Assembly: GCA_965217585.1 (NCBI GenBank)
Contig: OZ244561.1
Span: 5,728,001-5,792,000, forward strand
From: Candidatus Latescibacterota bacterium
Lineage (GTDB): Bacteria; Latescibacterota; UBA2968; UBA8231
Reading direction: 5' to 3'
Length of the DNA: 64,000 nt
Shown: in pieces, positions 29,071 through 38,385 of the stretch
Position numbering within the stretch: position 1 is the stretch's first letter
Layout of the letters: each line of letters begins with the position of its first letter
Notes under the pieces: generated by a model
The model's input: only the letters and a program-made list of their open reading frames with translations
Told to the model about the DNA's origin: nothing
Databases searched by the model: none
Program-made: the position numbers and the translations under genes

Positions 29071-30135
29071 TTAAGCGGCCACCGGCATGGGCAGTTCCAC
29101 TCCCAACTCGGCCGCCAAGTTCCCTATCTCAGCCCAAGCCTTCTCATCCACGTACAGACCATCGCGCCGCCGCGCCTGCAACCGCTGGTGTGCCCGCTCC
29201 CCGGGCAACAACACCTCGGCCACTCCGGGGGCCGGCGGACACGACTTGATCCACTCGACAAAGCCCGCGACCTCGGCGTAAAACTCGTCCAACGGCAGGA
29301 AAGCCGCGACCTTGAGCACGGCAATGAAAAGCGCGTTGCCCGTGCGCTCGGGCGCTTCTTGCGTCATCCCAACTCCGGAAAGCGACCCGGCCAAAATATC
29401 GACGAGCACGGAAAGCCCGTAGCCCTTGTGTCCGCTCTGCGGAAAACCGAGCGGCAACATGGCACCAGTCGGCGGGCCGTAGTACGCGTCCACGCTCGTC
29501 GTCGGGCGGCCCTCTGCGTCGATCAGCATCCCGGGTGGGGCGTCCTCACCCCTGTTGCGCAAAAGCCGCATATCCCCTCCGGAGATCATGCTCGTCGTCA
29601 TATCTAAGAGCACCGGCCACGCGCCGCCGGTCGGAATGCCGCAGCAGATTGGATTCGTCGGCAGGCGACGGCTACGGCCGCCAAAGGGAGCCACCGACCA
29701 ATCGCCGCCGTGGCCATTGGCCGCGATGAGGCCGATGCAACCGGCGCGGGTAGCGATCTCGGCGAAACGCCCCAACCGCGCCACGTGGTTGCAGTCGCGC
29801 ACCCCTGCGACCGCCACCGCACCGTCGCCGACCTTGTCCAGCACCCAACGCATGGCCTCGGTCGCGGTCACCGGGCCGTAGTTCCACTGGCCGCTTAGCC
29901 GCCCCCCGCTCTCGCTTTCGTCCAACACCACCAACTCGGCCCCAGGCTCAACTTGGCCGTCGCGCACCATATTCACGTATTGGGGCAGCCGCAACACGCT
30001 GTGGGTATCGTGCCCCATCAGCCCGGCTTCGACCAAGTGCTCGGCCACCAACGCGGCGTCGGCCAAGGGGACGCCGACCTGCCGCAAGCAAGCCCGCGCC
30101 AGCCTATCGAGATCTTCGGCGCGCAAGGTGGGCAC
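29071..30135 (-). CDS. Ldh_2 family (malate/L-lactate/ureidoglycolate-type) dehydrogenase
   Basis: GHDTHSV, CNHVARLG, PTNPI, LDMTTS, GHKGYGL, LLPGE. Confidence 0.88.
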   Translation of the reverse strand: MPTLRAEDLDRLARACLRQVGVPLADAALVAEHLVEAGLMGHDTHSVLRLPQYVNMVRDGQVEPGAELVVLDESESGGRLSGQWNYGPVTATEAMRWVLDKVGDGAVAVAGVRDCNHVARLGRFAEIATRAGCIGLIAANGHGGDWSVAPFGGRSRRLPTNPICCGIPTGGAWPVLLDMTTSMISGGDMRLLRNRGEDAPPGMLIDAEGRPTTSVDAYYGPPTGAMLPLGFPQSGHKGYGLSVLVDILAGSLSGVGMTQEAPERTGNALFIAVLKVAAFLPLDEFYAEVAGFVEWIKSCPPAPGVAEVLLPGERAHQRLQARRRDGLYVDEKAWAEIGNLAAELGVELPMPVAA

Positions 30136-31301
30136 TAGGGCAACTCCTCGTCCCAAGCGGCCGCCACGACCAATAGGGCGTTGGCCACCGGGCGCTCACC
30201 TGTGGGATCGGATGGCTTGTTGACCACCTGCTCTTCTACGACCATCGTCGTCGAGCCGCCGCCATCGAGGTTCAGCCCCTGATAGGCGTTGATCTTGGCG
30301 CGGGAAAATTCGGCCAAGCGCGTGCGCATAAATTCGGCCAACTCCTGCAAACTCATGCCAACGCTGTACCCTGGCTGCCGCCCATCGACCGCAATCAGAA
30401 AGAGCACCTGCTCATCTTGGGAATATCCAATGGCCGTGCGCGGGTGTCGCTTGTCGGCAAAGCTGCGGCTGAGCCGTTCATTTTCTACTTCAATGGATAC
30501 TGCGCCGTTGCGCAGGATGCGCGGGCCGCCACTGATGGCTTCCATTAGCTTGGCGTGGGCAGGCGCCAGCCGACAATACAGCTGCACCGTGTCGCCCAAG
30601 GCGATCTGTTCCGTCGCCTCGTATTCAGCGCCAGCGGCCAACAGCCATTGGTCGCGCTGGAGGGACAGCGGCCAAGCCTCCCGCCGGATTTGTTGAACCC
30701 GCAAGGAAATCGTGTCGTTGGCAATGGAGGTGTTGCCCAGCCCTTGCAACAAAAAGCCCGTGGCTGCTTGTAGCGAATCCCCTTGCCCCTGAGCGCGATC
30801 GTTGAATACGGACAGTTCCCCTAGCGCTGGCTCGCGGTTAAAGCCCGCGACGAGCAGGTGCTCGCCCTCAGCCGTCAACATGCCCCATTCCATCTTGTAT
30901 ACTGCAATCAAGGGCTGGCCCGCCTCGGTAATGGCAAAGGCCGAGCGTCGCTGTGGGATGCGGATGAGATTGCCGGACTCGATGTACAACCCGGCTGGCT
31001 GGCTGGACTCACCGGGAAATAAAAAGTCCCCGTTTATGGCCGCTAAAGCGCCGGCGGCCAAGCTACTGGTCTTTTGCGCCTCTTCCTGCTTGGCCGTGCG
31101 TACGCGGATGCCCGCCGCCCAAGCGCGCGGCAGATCCACTTCCACCACGTGTATCCGCCACGGCCCCTCGGGCAGGTGGATCTCGTGGTACACCACCCCG
31201 GGCGCTAGCTCCTCGGTGTTTTCCCGGGCGCAACTCCAACTCAAGCACCACGCGAGAATCGCGAGGACGAGGCGCGTGGACGCCTTATGCAGTATAGCCA
31301 A
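30135..31301 (-). CDS. Phosphodiester glycosidase (NAGPA/DUF2233) family secreted protein
   Basis: AAINGDF, RHPRTAIG, VDGRQ, LNLDGGGSTTM; N-terminal signal or lipobox. Confidence 0.85.
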   Translation of the reverse strand: MAILHKASTRLVLAILAWCLSWSCARENTEELAPGVVYHEIHLPEGPWRIHVVEVDLPRAWAAGIRVRTAKQEEAQKTSSLAAGALAAINGDFLFPGESSQPAGLYIESGNLIRIPQRRSAFAITEAGQPLIAVYKMEWGMLTAEGEHLLVAGFNREPALGELSVFNDRAQGQGDSLQAATGFLLQGLGNTSIANDTISLRVQQIRREAWPLSLQRDQWLLAAGAEYEATEQIALGDTVQLYCRLAPAHAKLMEAISGGPRILRNGAVSIEVENERLSRSFADKRHPRTAIGYSQDEQVLFLIAVDGRQPGYSVGMSLQELAEFMRTRLAEFSRAKINAYQGLNLDGGGSTTMVVEEQVVNKPSDPTGERPVANALLVVAAAWDEELP

Positions 31302-31466
31302 AAGAAGCGTACCTCAGCGGCAAGGGGACGAGCGGTGCGCTATGGCATTGCGCGTTGAAAGCGTCCAAAGGTAGCCCTGCGCTGAAACCGTGTCAATTTT
31401 TTCTGCCGACTGGCCCGGCCGCAGGCCAAGCCCTTTATTTTAGACAAAAATAGAGAAAGGACTCCG

Positions 31467-32474
31467 ATGAAAGCCATACTTGTAGGGTTGGGCGGCAGGG
31501 GCCGCTATTGGCTCGGCCAATGCCAGAAGCAACCGAGCGTCGATGTGGTCGCCTGCGTCGAACCCTTCGCGCCCAACCGCCAGCGCGCTATAGACGACCT
31601 CGGCTTCGCCACTGACCGGATATACGACAACCTCGGCCAAGCCCTCGACGCGGTACAAGCCGACTTCGTCCTCGACGTGACGCCGCCAGCCATCCACGAA
31701 GAAATCGCCATGCAGACCTTTGCCGCGGGCCTACACTTGCTCGGGGAAAAGCCCCTCAGCGATCAGTACGAGGCTGCCCAGCGCGTGGTGAAGGCCGGTA
31801 CCCAAGCCGGCGTCGCGCACATGATCACTCAGAACTACCGGTTCAACGGCCTGCCGCGCACGACTCGCCGCCTGCTCACCGAAGACCTCATCGGCCCGAT
31901 CGGTCAGCTCGATGTCTCGCTCTACGTCAATTGGGCCGACTCGCCCGGCTCGCATTACGTCACCGAGCCGTATATGTTCCTCACGGACATGGGTATTCAC
32001 CACTTCGACATGATGCGCTACACCCTCGGCCAAGACCCCATCAGCGCACACGCCCTCACCTGGAACCTCCCTTGGGGCTGGCACCAAGGCGACGCCGCCC
32101 AGATGATCCTCTTCCGCTTTGCCAACGGCGCGGTCGCCACTCACCGCGGCATCGGTTGCACGGTCGGCCACGTGCCAGCCGGGCACAACGGCGAGTGGCG
32201 CTACGAGGGGCCACGCGGCACCCTAACGTGGGAGGGCATGGACCTCTACCACACCCACTCGCACCGCGCCGATCCCAAAATTCGACGGCAGGTCCCCCTC
32301 GACGACGATGGCGGTCAAGACCAGAACCCAGTGCTGCGGGAATTTGTCGCCGCCATAGAGGAGGGCCGCGCGCCCGAGTGCAATGCGGCCGACAACCTCA
32401 AGTCCATGGCCATGGTTTTCGCGGCGGTCAAAAGCGCGGTGGAGGGCCGCGAAGTATCCATCGCCGAGTTATAG
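31467..32474 (+). CDS. Gfo/Idh/MocA oxidoreductase
   Basis: LVGLGGRG, LGEKPL, QNYRF, DMGIHHFD. Confidence 0.88.
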   Translation: MKAILVGLGGRGRYWLGQCQKQPSVDVVACVEPFAPNRQRAIDDLGFATDRIYDNLGQALDAVQADFVLDVTPPAIHEEIAMQTFAAGLHLLGEKPLSDQYEAAQRVVKAGTQAGVAHMITQNYRFNGLPRTTRRLLTEDLIGPIGQLDVSLYVNWADSPGSHYVTEPYMFLTDMGIHHFDMMRYTLGQDPISAHALTWNLPWGWHQGDAAQMILFRFANGAVATHRGIGCTVGHVPAGHNGEWRYEGPRGTLTWEGMDLYHTHSHRADPKIRRQVPLDDDGGQDQNPVLREFVAAIEEGRAPECNAADNLKSMAMVFAAVKSAVEGREVSIAEL

Positions 32475-32528
32475 ACTGGCTCTTTCTCCATTGCCACATC
32501 TTGCCACTAACCCCTCTTTAATAGACTT

Positions 32529-33908
32529 ATGACCCTACATCTTTTTGACACCTATGCCCGCCAAGAGCGCCCCTTCAAACCGCTCGCGCCTCCCCAAGTC
32601 CGCCTGTACGCCTGCGGCCCGACCGTGTACAACTACCAGCACATCGGCAACTTGCGCACCTATATCTTCGAGGACATCCTGCGGCGCGCCCTCGAATACA
32701 GCGGCTATGCGGTCCACCACGTCGTCAACATCACCGACGTGGGGCACCTGACCTCCGACGCGGACACCGGCGAGGACAAGATGGAGGCCGGCGCGCGGCG
32801 CACCGGCCTGACGGCGTGGGAAATAGCCGAGCGCTACACCGCGGATTTCCAAGAAAAGCTCGAGTGGCTCAACGTGCGCCCCCCCCACGTCTGGTGCCGG
32901 GCCACCGACCACATCCGCGAACAGGTCGCGGCTATCGCCGCCATCGAGGAAAAAGGCTATGCGTACCGCACGGACGATGGCCTGTACTTCGACACCTCGC
33001 GCCTGAACGACTACGGCCACCTCGCCCGCCTCAACATCGGAGGCCTACAAGGCGGCCAGCGCGTCGATCTCGGGCAGAAGCGCCGCGTCACGGACTTCGC
33101 GCTGTGGAAGTTTAGCCCGGCAGAGACGCAGCGGCAGATGGAATGGGACAGCCCGTGGGGGCGCGGCTTCCCCGGCTGGCACATCGAATGCACCGCCATG
33201 GCGGCCAAGTACTTGGGGCCGTACTTCGACATCCACTGCGGCGGCGAGGATCACGTTCCGGTACACCACACCAACGAAATTGCCCAAGCCCAAGCCTGCT
33301 ACGACACGCGGCTAGCTGAATTCTGGCTCCACGGCGCGTTCTTGCAGCTCGACGGCGAGAAGATGTCCAAGTCGAGTGGCGATTTTCTGCGCCTCGAATC
33401 CCTCATCGAGAAGGGGTACGACCCGCTCGCCTACCGCTTTTTCTGCCTCGGGGCGCGCTACCGAGCCAAGCTCTCCTTCACTTGGGAGAGCCTCAGCGGT
33501 GCGGCCACGGCCCTCGACCGGCTGCGCGCAGCCGCCCACGCTTGGGGCGCGCCGTCTGAACCCGACGACCGCTACGTAGCCGAGTTCAAAGAGCGCATCG
33601 GGGACGACCTCAACATGCCGCGCGTCCTCGCCTTGTGCTGGGAACTGGTGGCCGACGATCTCCCTGTTGCCGCCAAGAAAGCTACGCTCCTGCACTTCGA
33701 CCAAGTCATGGGGTTGGGGTTGGCTACGTGGACGCCGCCCACAGAGGAGGTTCCCGCTGCAATCGAGGCGCTCGCCGAACAGCGGCAACAGGCCCGCGCC
33801 GCCAAGGACTGGGCCACGGCCGACGCCCTGCGCGACGAAATCACCGCGGCCGGCTACGAAATCGAAGACACCCCCCAAGGCCCTCATATCCGGCCGCGCA
33901 AAACCTAA
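32529..33908 (+). CDS. cysS: Cysteine--tRNA ligase
   Basis: CGPTVY, HIGN, GFPGWHIEC, HHTNE, KMSKS, ADALRD. Confidence 0.96.
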   Translation: MTLHLFDTYARQERPFKPLAPPQVRLYACGPTVYNYQHIGNLRTYIFEDILRRALEYSGYAVHHVVNITDVGHLTSDADTGEDKMEAGARRTGLTAWEIAERYTADFQEKLEWLNVRPPHVWCRATDHIREQVAAIAAIEEKGYAYRTDDGLYFDTSRLNDYGHLARLNIGGLQGGQRVDLGQKRRVTDFALWKFSPAETQRQMEWDSPWGRGFPGWHIECTAMAAKYLGPYFDIHCGGEDHVPVHHTNEIAQAQACYDTRLAEFWLHGAFLQLDGEKMSKSSGDFLRLESLIEKGYDPLAYRFFCLGARYRAKLSFTWESLSGAATALDRLRAAAHAWGAPSEPDDRYVAEFKERIGDDLNMPRVLALCWELVADDLPVAAKKATLLHFDQVMGLGLATWTPPTEEVPAAIEALAEQRQQARAAKDWATADALRDEITAAGYEIEDTPQGPHIRPRKT

Positions 33909-33922
33909 CCGAACGGACGCCC

Positions 33923-35410
33923 ATGTCCCGCATCCTCGTCGCCGAGTGCAAGCAAGAAATCTCCTCCTTCAACCCGGTCATTGGCACGTACGACAACTTC
34001 TCCGTCCGCCGCGAAACCGAGTTGTTCGCCTATCACCAAGGCCGCGAAACCGAGCTGACCGGTGCCTTGCAGGTCTTCGCCGACAGCCACGTTGAAGTCA
34101 TCCCCACGTACGGGGCCGTCGCCCCCTCGGCTGGGCCTTTAGACCAACAGGACTTCGAGCGCCTTGCCGCCGAGCTGCTCGCCGAGGTCGCGCCGCATCT
34201 AGCCGAGGCCGACGGCATGTACTTCTGTCTGCACGGCGCCATGGGCTGCACCCAAGAGCTGGACCCGGAGGGCTACTTGCTGCAAGAGATCCGCCAAAGC
34301 GCTGGCCCCGACTTCCCCATCGTGATCTCGCAAGACCTCCACGGCATCCTCACCCACCGCATGTTAGAGCACTCGAACGGCCTTGCCATTTATCACACCT
34401 ATCCGCACGTCGATTTGGCCGACACTGGCCGCCGCGCCGCGTACTTGCTCCTGCAAGTCCTCGCTGGCGCTCAGCCCGTGGTGGCCCGCGTGCAGGTGCC
34501 CGCGCTCGTGCGCGGCAATGAGCTAATCACCGCCTCTGGCGTCTATGGTGAGACCATCCGCTACTGCCAAGCCCTAGAGGAACAGCCGGACATTCTCGCC
34601 GCCGGCATGATGATCGGCAACCCATTCACCGATGTGCCTGAGTTGTGCTCCCAAGCCATCGTCGTAGCCGATGCCGACCCCGACCTCGCCCGCAGCGAGT
34701 CCCTACACCTTGCCGCCGACTTCTGGGAACGCCGCGCACTCATGCAGCCCGCCCTCGTGTCGGTCGAAGACGCCGTCGCCCAAGCCGCCCAATACAGCGG
34801 TCCGGTGCTCTTTACCGACGCGGCCGACGCCCCCTCCTCGGGCGCGACCGGCGATAGCAACGTCCTCGTCCAAGCCCTGTGTGCCAGCGGGTACTCCGGC
34901 CAAGTGCTCGCGCCGCTGGTGGATGCGCCCGCCGCGTACATGGCCCACGACGCCGGGCTAGGCGCACGCATCCACGTGGTCTTGGGCGGCTCGCTCGACT
35001 CGCGCTTTGCCCCGCTCGACCTAGAGGTCGAAGTCACCCAGCTCGGCGACGGCGAATATCTCTGCGAGTCTTGGAACACTCCCCAACACGCCGGGCCTAC
35101 GGCCGTGCTGCAAAGCGACAATCTCACCATCGTCTGCGTCAGCCGCTCAGTGCCCTTTATCGATCGCTCGGTCTTTATCGCCCACGACATCAACCCCAAG
35201 GACTACGACCTCATCGTCATCAAGTCGCCGCACTGCCAGTGGCACTTTTTCGACGAATGGGCCGATATAAACTTCAACATCGATGCGCTTGGCTCGACCA
35301 GCGCAAACTTGCCCACCCTCGGGCACGGCGTCTGCCAGCGGCCCATGTATCCACTCGAACTCGATGCCCCTTTTACCCCGGTCGCCGAAATGTTCGGCAC
35401 AGGAGCCTAG
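33923..35410 (+). CDS. MlrC/M81 family metallopeptidase
   Basis: QEISSFNP, LHGAM, DLHG, TYPHVD, DAADAP. Confidence 0.87.
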   Translation: MSRILVAECKQEISSFNPVIGTYDNFSVRRETELFAYHQGRETELTGALQVFADSHVEVIPTYGAVAPSAGPLDQQDFERLAAELLAEVAPHLAEADGMYFCLHGAMGCTQELDPEGYLLQEIRQSAGPDFPIVISQDLHGILTHRMLEHSNGLAIYHTYPHVDLADTGRRAAYLLLQVLAGAQPVVARVQVPALVRGNELITASGVYGETIRYCQALEEQPDILAAGMMIGNPFTDVPELCSQAIVVADADPDLARSESLHLAADFWERRALMQPALVSVEDAVAQAAQYSGPVLFTDAADAPSSGATGDSNVLVQALCASGYSGQVLAPLVDAPAAYMAHDAGLGARIHVVLGGSLDSRFAPLDLEVEVTQLGDGEYLCESWNTPQHAGPTAVLQSDNLTIVCVSRSVPFIDRSVFIAHDINPKDYDLIVIKSPHCQWHFFDEWADINFNIDALGSTSANLPTLGHGVCQRPMYPLELDAPFTPVAEMFGTGA

Positions 35411-35414
35411 TTTT

Positions 35415-36176
35415 ATGCCTGCCATCAAGCAATCCGTCTGCTTCAATCCCTTCACCGGCAGCGGCCTCAGCCCGCAAGAGCTCGTCGTCGCCGCCCCCCG
35501 CATCGGCTACCAATCCGTAGAAATGGCCGCTCAGGAACACTGGCCGCTCATCCAAGACCACGGCCTCGCCATCGCCATCGTCTCCGGTCACGCTTCCCTG
35601 CCCGACGGCCTCAACAAGCCCGAAAACCACGACCGCATCGAAGACGAGCTCCTCGCCAACATTGACCTCGCCGTTGCATGCGGCATTCCCTCGCTGATTT
35701 GCTTTTCCGGCAACTGCGAGGGCCGCTCTTCAGAAGAGGGCCTCGCCAACTGCGTCGCCGGCCTGCGCCGCGTCACCGGGGCCGCCGAGGAAAAAGGCAT
35801 TACCCTCTGCATGGAATTGCTCAACTCGCGCGTCAACCATCCCGACTACCAGTGCGACCGCACCGCTTGGGGCGCGGCCCTCTGTCGGGCCGTCGGCTCG
35901 CCCCGCTTCAAGCTGCTCTACGACATTTACCACATGCAGATCATGGAAGGCGATCTCATCCGCAACATCACCGACCACATCGACTGCATTGGCCACTTCC
36001 ACACCGCCGGCAACCCCGGCCGCCGCGACCTCGACGACCAACAGGAGATCTACTACCCACCGATCATGCAGGCCATCGCCGCCACTTCCTACGCGGGCTA
36101 CGTCGGCCACGAGTACCGGCCCAAGGGCGATCCCGTTGACTCGCTAGCTCACGCCTTTGAAGTCTGCAATGTCTGA
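35415..36176 (+). CDS. Hydroxypyruvate isomerase-like TIM-barrel protein
   Basis: CMELLN, LLYDIYHMQIMEGD, GHFHTAGNPGR, VGHEY. Confidence 0.87.
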   Translation: MPAIKQSVCFNPFTGSGLSPQELVVAAPRIGYQSVEMAAQEHWPLIQDHGLAIAIVSGHASLPDGLNKPENHDRIEDELLANIDLAVACGIPSLICFSGNCEGRSSEEGLANCVAGLRRVTGAAEEKGITLCMELLNSRVNHPDYQCDRTAWGAALCRAVGSPRFKLLYDIYHMQIMEGDLIRNITDHIDCIGHFHTAGNPGRRDLDDQQEIYYPPIMQAIAATSYAGYVGHEYRPKGDPVDSLAHAFEVCNV

Positions 36177-36280
36177 GAAGCCGTCTAAAAACCCCCGACG
36201 ACGGTCGCATGGGGGCAAAGTATCCGCAGATGAACGCAGATGCGGGATGACGTTGTTTGGGGCGTACGCGGGATTTTCAA

Positions 36281-37093
36281 ATGGACTCTGAGATACAAAT
36301 CGTGCCCACTGGCGGCGCGCTCGGCGCGGAGATCAAAGGCTGCGACCTGTCCGCACCGCTCGCGTCCGACCACGTCGCGCAGGTGCGCCAGGCACTCCTC
36401 GATCACGGTGTGGTCTTCTTTCGCCAGCAGCAACTCAGCGACGAGGACCAAGTGCGTTTCACCGCGTACTTTGGCAAACCCGTACCCCACGTGCGCAAGC
36501 AGCGCCCACGGCGGGTCAAGGAGATTTTCCTCATCTCCAATGTCAAAGAAAACGGCGAGCCAATCGGCGAGCTAGGCGACGAGCTGATCCCCTTCCACTC
36601 GGATCTTTCCTACCTGCTGCGCCCTGGCACCCTATCGGTGCTCTATGCGGTGGAGATTCCCTCGCAGGGCGGCCAGACTCAGTGGTGCAATTGCACCGCC
36701 GCCTACGAAGCGCTCGACGACGTTTGGAAAAGCCGCCTCAAGGGAATGTGCGCCGTGCATCGCCACTACGTCGAAGCGCAAAACCCTCCCGAGCACATCG
36801 CCCACCCCATCGTCCGCACCCACCCCGAAACAGGTCGCCGCTCGCTCTACGTAGGGCCGCACCTGACCAAATACGTCGTCGGCCTCAGCCGCCGAGAAAG
36901 CGACGCCCTGCTCGGCGAACTGTACGCCCATCTCGAACAGCCGCGCTTCGTCTGGACCCATGAGTGGCAAGTCGGCGACCTCGTCCTCTTCGACAACCGC
37001 CCGACCATGCACCGCCGCCTCGCCTTCCCCCCAGACCAGCGCCGCCTAATGAAACGCACTCAGGTTTTCAACGACGAAATCCCGGTGGAGTGA
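36281..37093 (+). CDS. TauD/TfdA 2-oxoglutarate/Fe(II) dioxygenase
   Basis: HxD motif FHSD, HPIVRTHPETGR, WQVGDLVLFDNRPTMHRR. Confidence 0.9.
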   Translation: MDSEIQIVPTGGALGAEIKGCDLSAPLASDHVAQVRQALLDHGVVFFRQQQLSDEDQVRFTAYFGKPVPHVRKQRPRRVKEIFLISNVKENGEPIGELGDELIPFHSDLSYLLRPGTLSVLYAVEIPSQGGQTQWCNCTAAYEALDDVWKSRLKGMCAVHRHYVEAQNPPEHIAHPIVRTHPETGRRSLYVGPHLTKYVVGLSRRESDALLGELYAHLEQPRFVWTHEWQVGDLVLFDNRPTMHRRLAFPPDQRRLMKRTQVFNDEIPVE

Positions 37094-37217
37094 TCATTCT
37101 AAGCATGTTATACTACTGATAAGACACCGACGAGTAGGGTCGCCGCGTAACGCCAAGTACGCAGTTTGCCCACACCTAGAACCGACCTGTCATTCCCAAA
37201 GTCCCAAGGCATCTCTT

Positions 37218-37607
37218 ATGGCCGAATCTGATTCACCTCACTTTCAGGATGAGACTACCACTTCCGATCAGTCCGCCCGAGCCGACCTTCTCGCCAGTAT
37301 GTCCCTTCTGAGTGGGTTGGTGTATCCGTCGGAGACCATTGCTGATATTATGTCACAGGAGGGCGTCATGGACCTGATACGCGAATCATCCTTTGCTCAA
37401 CACCTTATCCAACAGGGCATTGAGCAGGGGGGGCGAGAATTTCTCCTCGACGTGTTGGCCCTTCGCTTTCAGCCGGAGGAGGTGCAACAGTTGGCCGCCC
37501 GCATTGAGGCCATTGACGATGTGCAGCGGCTCAAGCAGTTGCATCGGGCGGCCATACAGGTGCCCAGCCTCGAAGCCTTTAGTGATCTGTTAGACGAAGC
37601 CGAGTAG
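37218..37607 (+). CDS. Rpn/YhgA-like C-terminal fragment, copy 1 (internal start at 37368)
   Basis: MDLIRESSFAQ...EQGG...LALRF...IEAIDDVQRLKQL; no nuclease domain; SD CAGGAGG before ATG 37368. Confidence 0.6.
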   Translation: MAESDSPHFQDETTTSDQSARADLLASMSLLSGLVYPSETIADIMSQEGVMDLIRESSFAQHLIQQGIEQGGREFLLDVLALRFQPEEVQQLAARIEAIDDVQRLKQLHRAAIQVPSLEAFSDLLDEAE

Positions 37608-37643
37608 GGGCACTATTTCCAAGAGCCGCCCGGCCACCGCATC

Positions 37644-38174
37644 TTGATTGAGTACCAAGTGATCCGGCTGAGCGAACAGGCCGGTCAACCGATCTTAGAG
37701 TCCGGGCCTGTGGGCCTGCTGCCATTTGCGCCGTTGATGCAGCCGGGGGCGGGACAATCGCCGGTGGATTGGCTCCAAGCGTGTGTGCGTGCGGCGCAGG
37801 CCCAGCCGCTAGACCGGTCGGCGAAAGCCGATTGTCTGGCCGGGATGTCGCTGCTGAGTGGGTTGGTGTACGCACCGGAAACCATTACGGCTATTCTTTC
37901 TCAGGAGGGGATCATGGACCTTATCCGCGAATCATCGTTTGCCCAATACCTGACCCAACAAGCCCGCGAGGAAGGCATTGAGCAAGGCATTGAGCAAGGG
38001 GGCCGAGAGTTTCTCCTCGAAGTGTTGGCTCTGCGCTTTCAGCCGGAGGAGGTGCAACAGTTGGCCGCCCGCATTGGGGCCATCGACGATGTGCAGCGTC
38101 TCAAGCAGTTGTTTCGGGCGGCTGTACAGGTGCCGAGCCTCGAAGCCTTTAGGAACCTGTTAGATAATGAATAA
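37644..38174 (+). CDS. Rpn/YhgA-like C-terminal fragment, copy 2 (internal start at 37914)
   Basis: GLLPFAPLM, EEGIEQGIEQG repeats; DNA nearly duplicates copy 1; SD CAGGAGG before ATG 37914. Confidence 0.65.
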   Translation: MIEYQVIRLSEQAGQPILESGPVGLLPFAPLMQPGAGQSPVDWLQACVRAAQAQPLDRSAKADCLAGMSLLSGLVYAPETITAILSQEGIMDLIRESSFAQYLTQQAREEGIEQGIEQGGREFLLEVLALRFQPEEVQQLAARIGAIDDVQRLKQLFRAAVQVPSLEAFRNLLDNE

Positions 38175-38385
38175 GAAAGAACGGACGAAGCTCGTTCACG
38201 AAGGAAACTATGTTGCAGAAGTTGACGTAGAGCTACTAGAAGAACCTGAAGGATGGTCCCCGTACCTTTCTCTTGAAGACGCGTATCGTCTCGACGAGGT
38301 GCGGGAAGCCCTTCGTCGAGGAGACATTAAGACCGCTGCAAAATGTTCACGTGTGTTCAGTCTCACGCCTATTACTTCGCCATGA
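38167..38385 (+). CDS. Small hypothetical protein (possible orphan antitoxin)
   Basis: 72-aa ORF overlapping both neighbours; YVAEVDVEL..WSPYLSLEDA. Confidence 0.6.
   Translation: MNKKERTKLVHEGNYVAEVDVELLEEPEGWSPYLSLEDAYRLDEVREALRRGDIKTAAKCSRVFSLTPITSP

Noticed and set aside
36185-36250. Intergenic hairpins and the short repeat CGCAGATGAACGCAGATG
   Set aside because: Single occurrence here; it could be a terminator or small dispersed repeat, with too little support to call.
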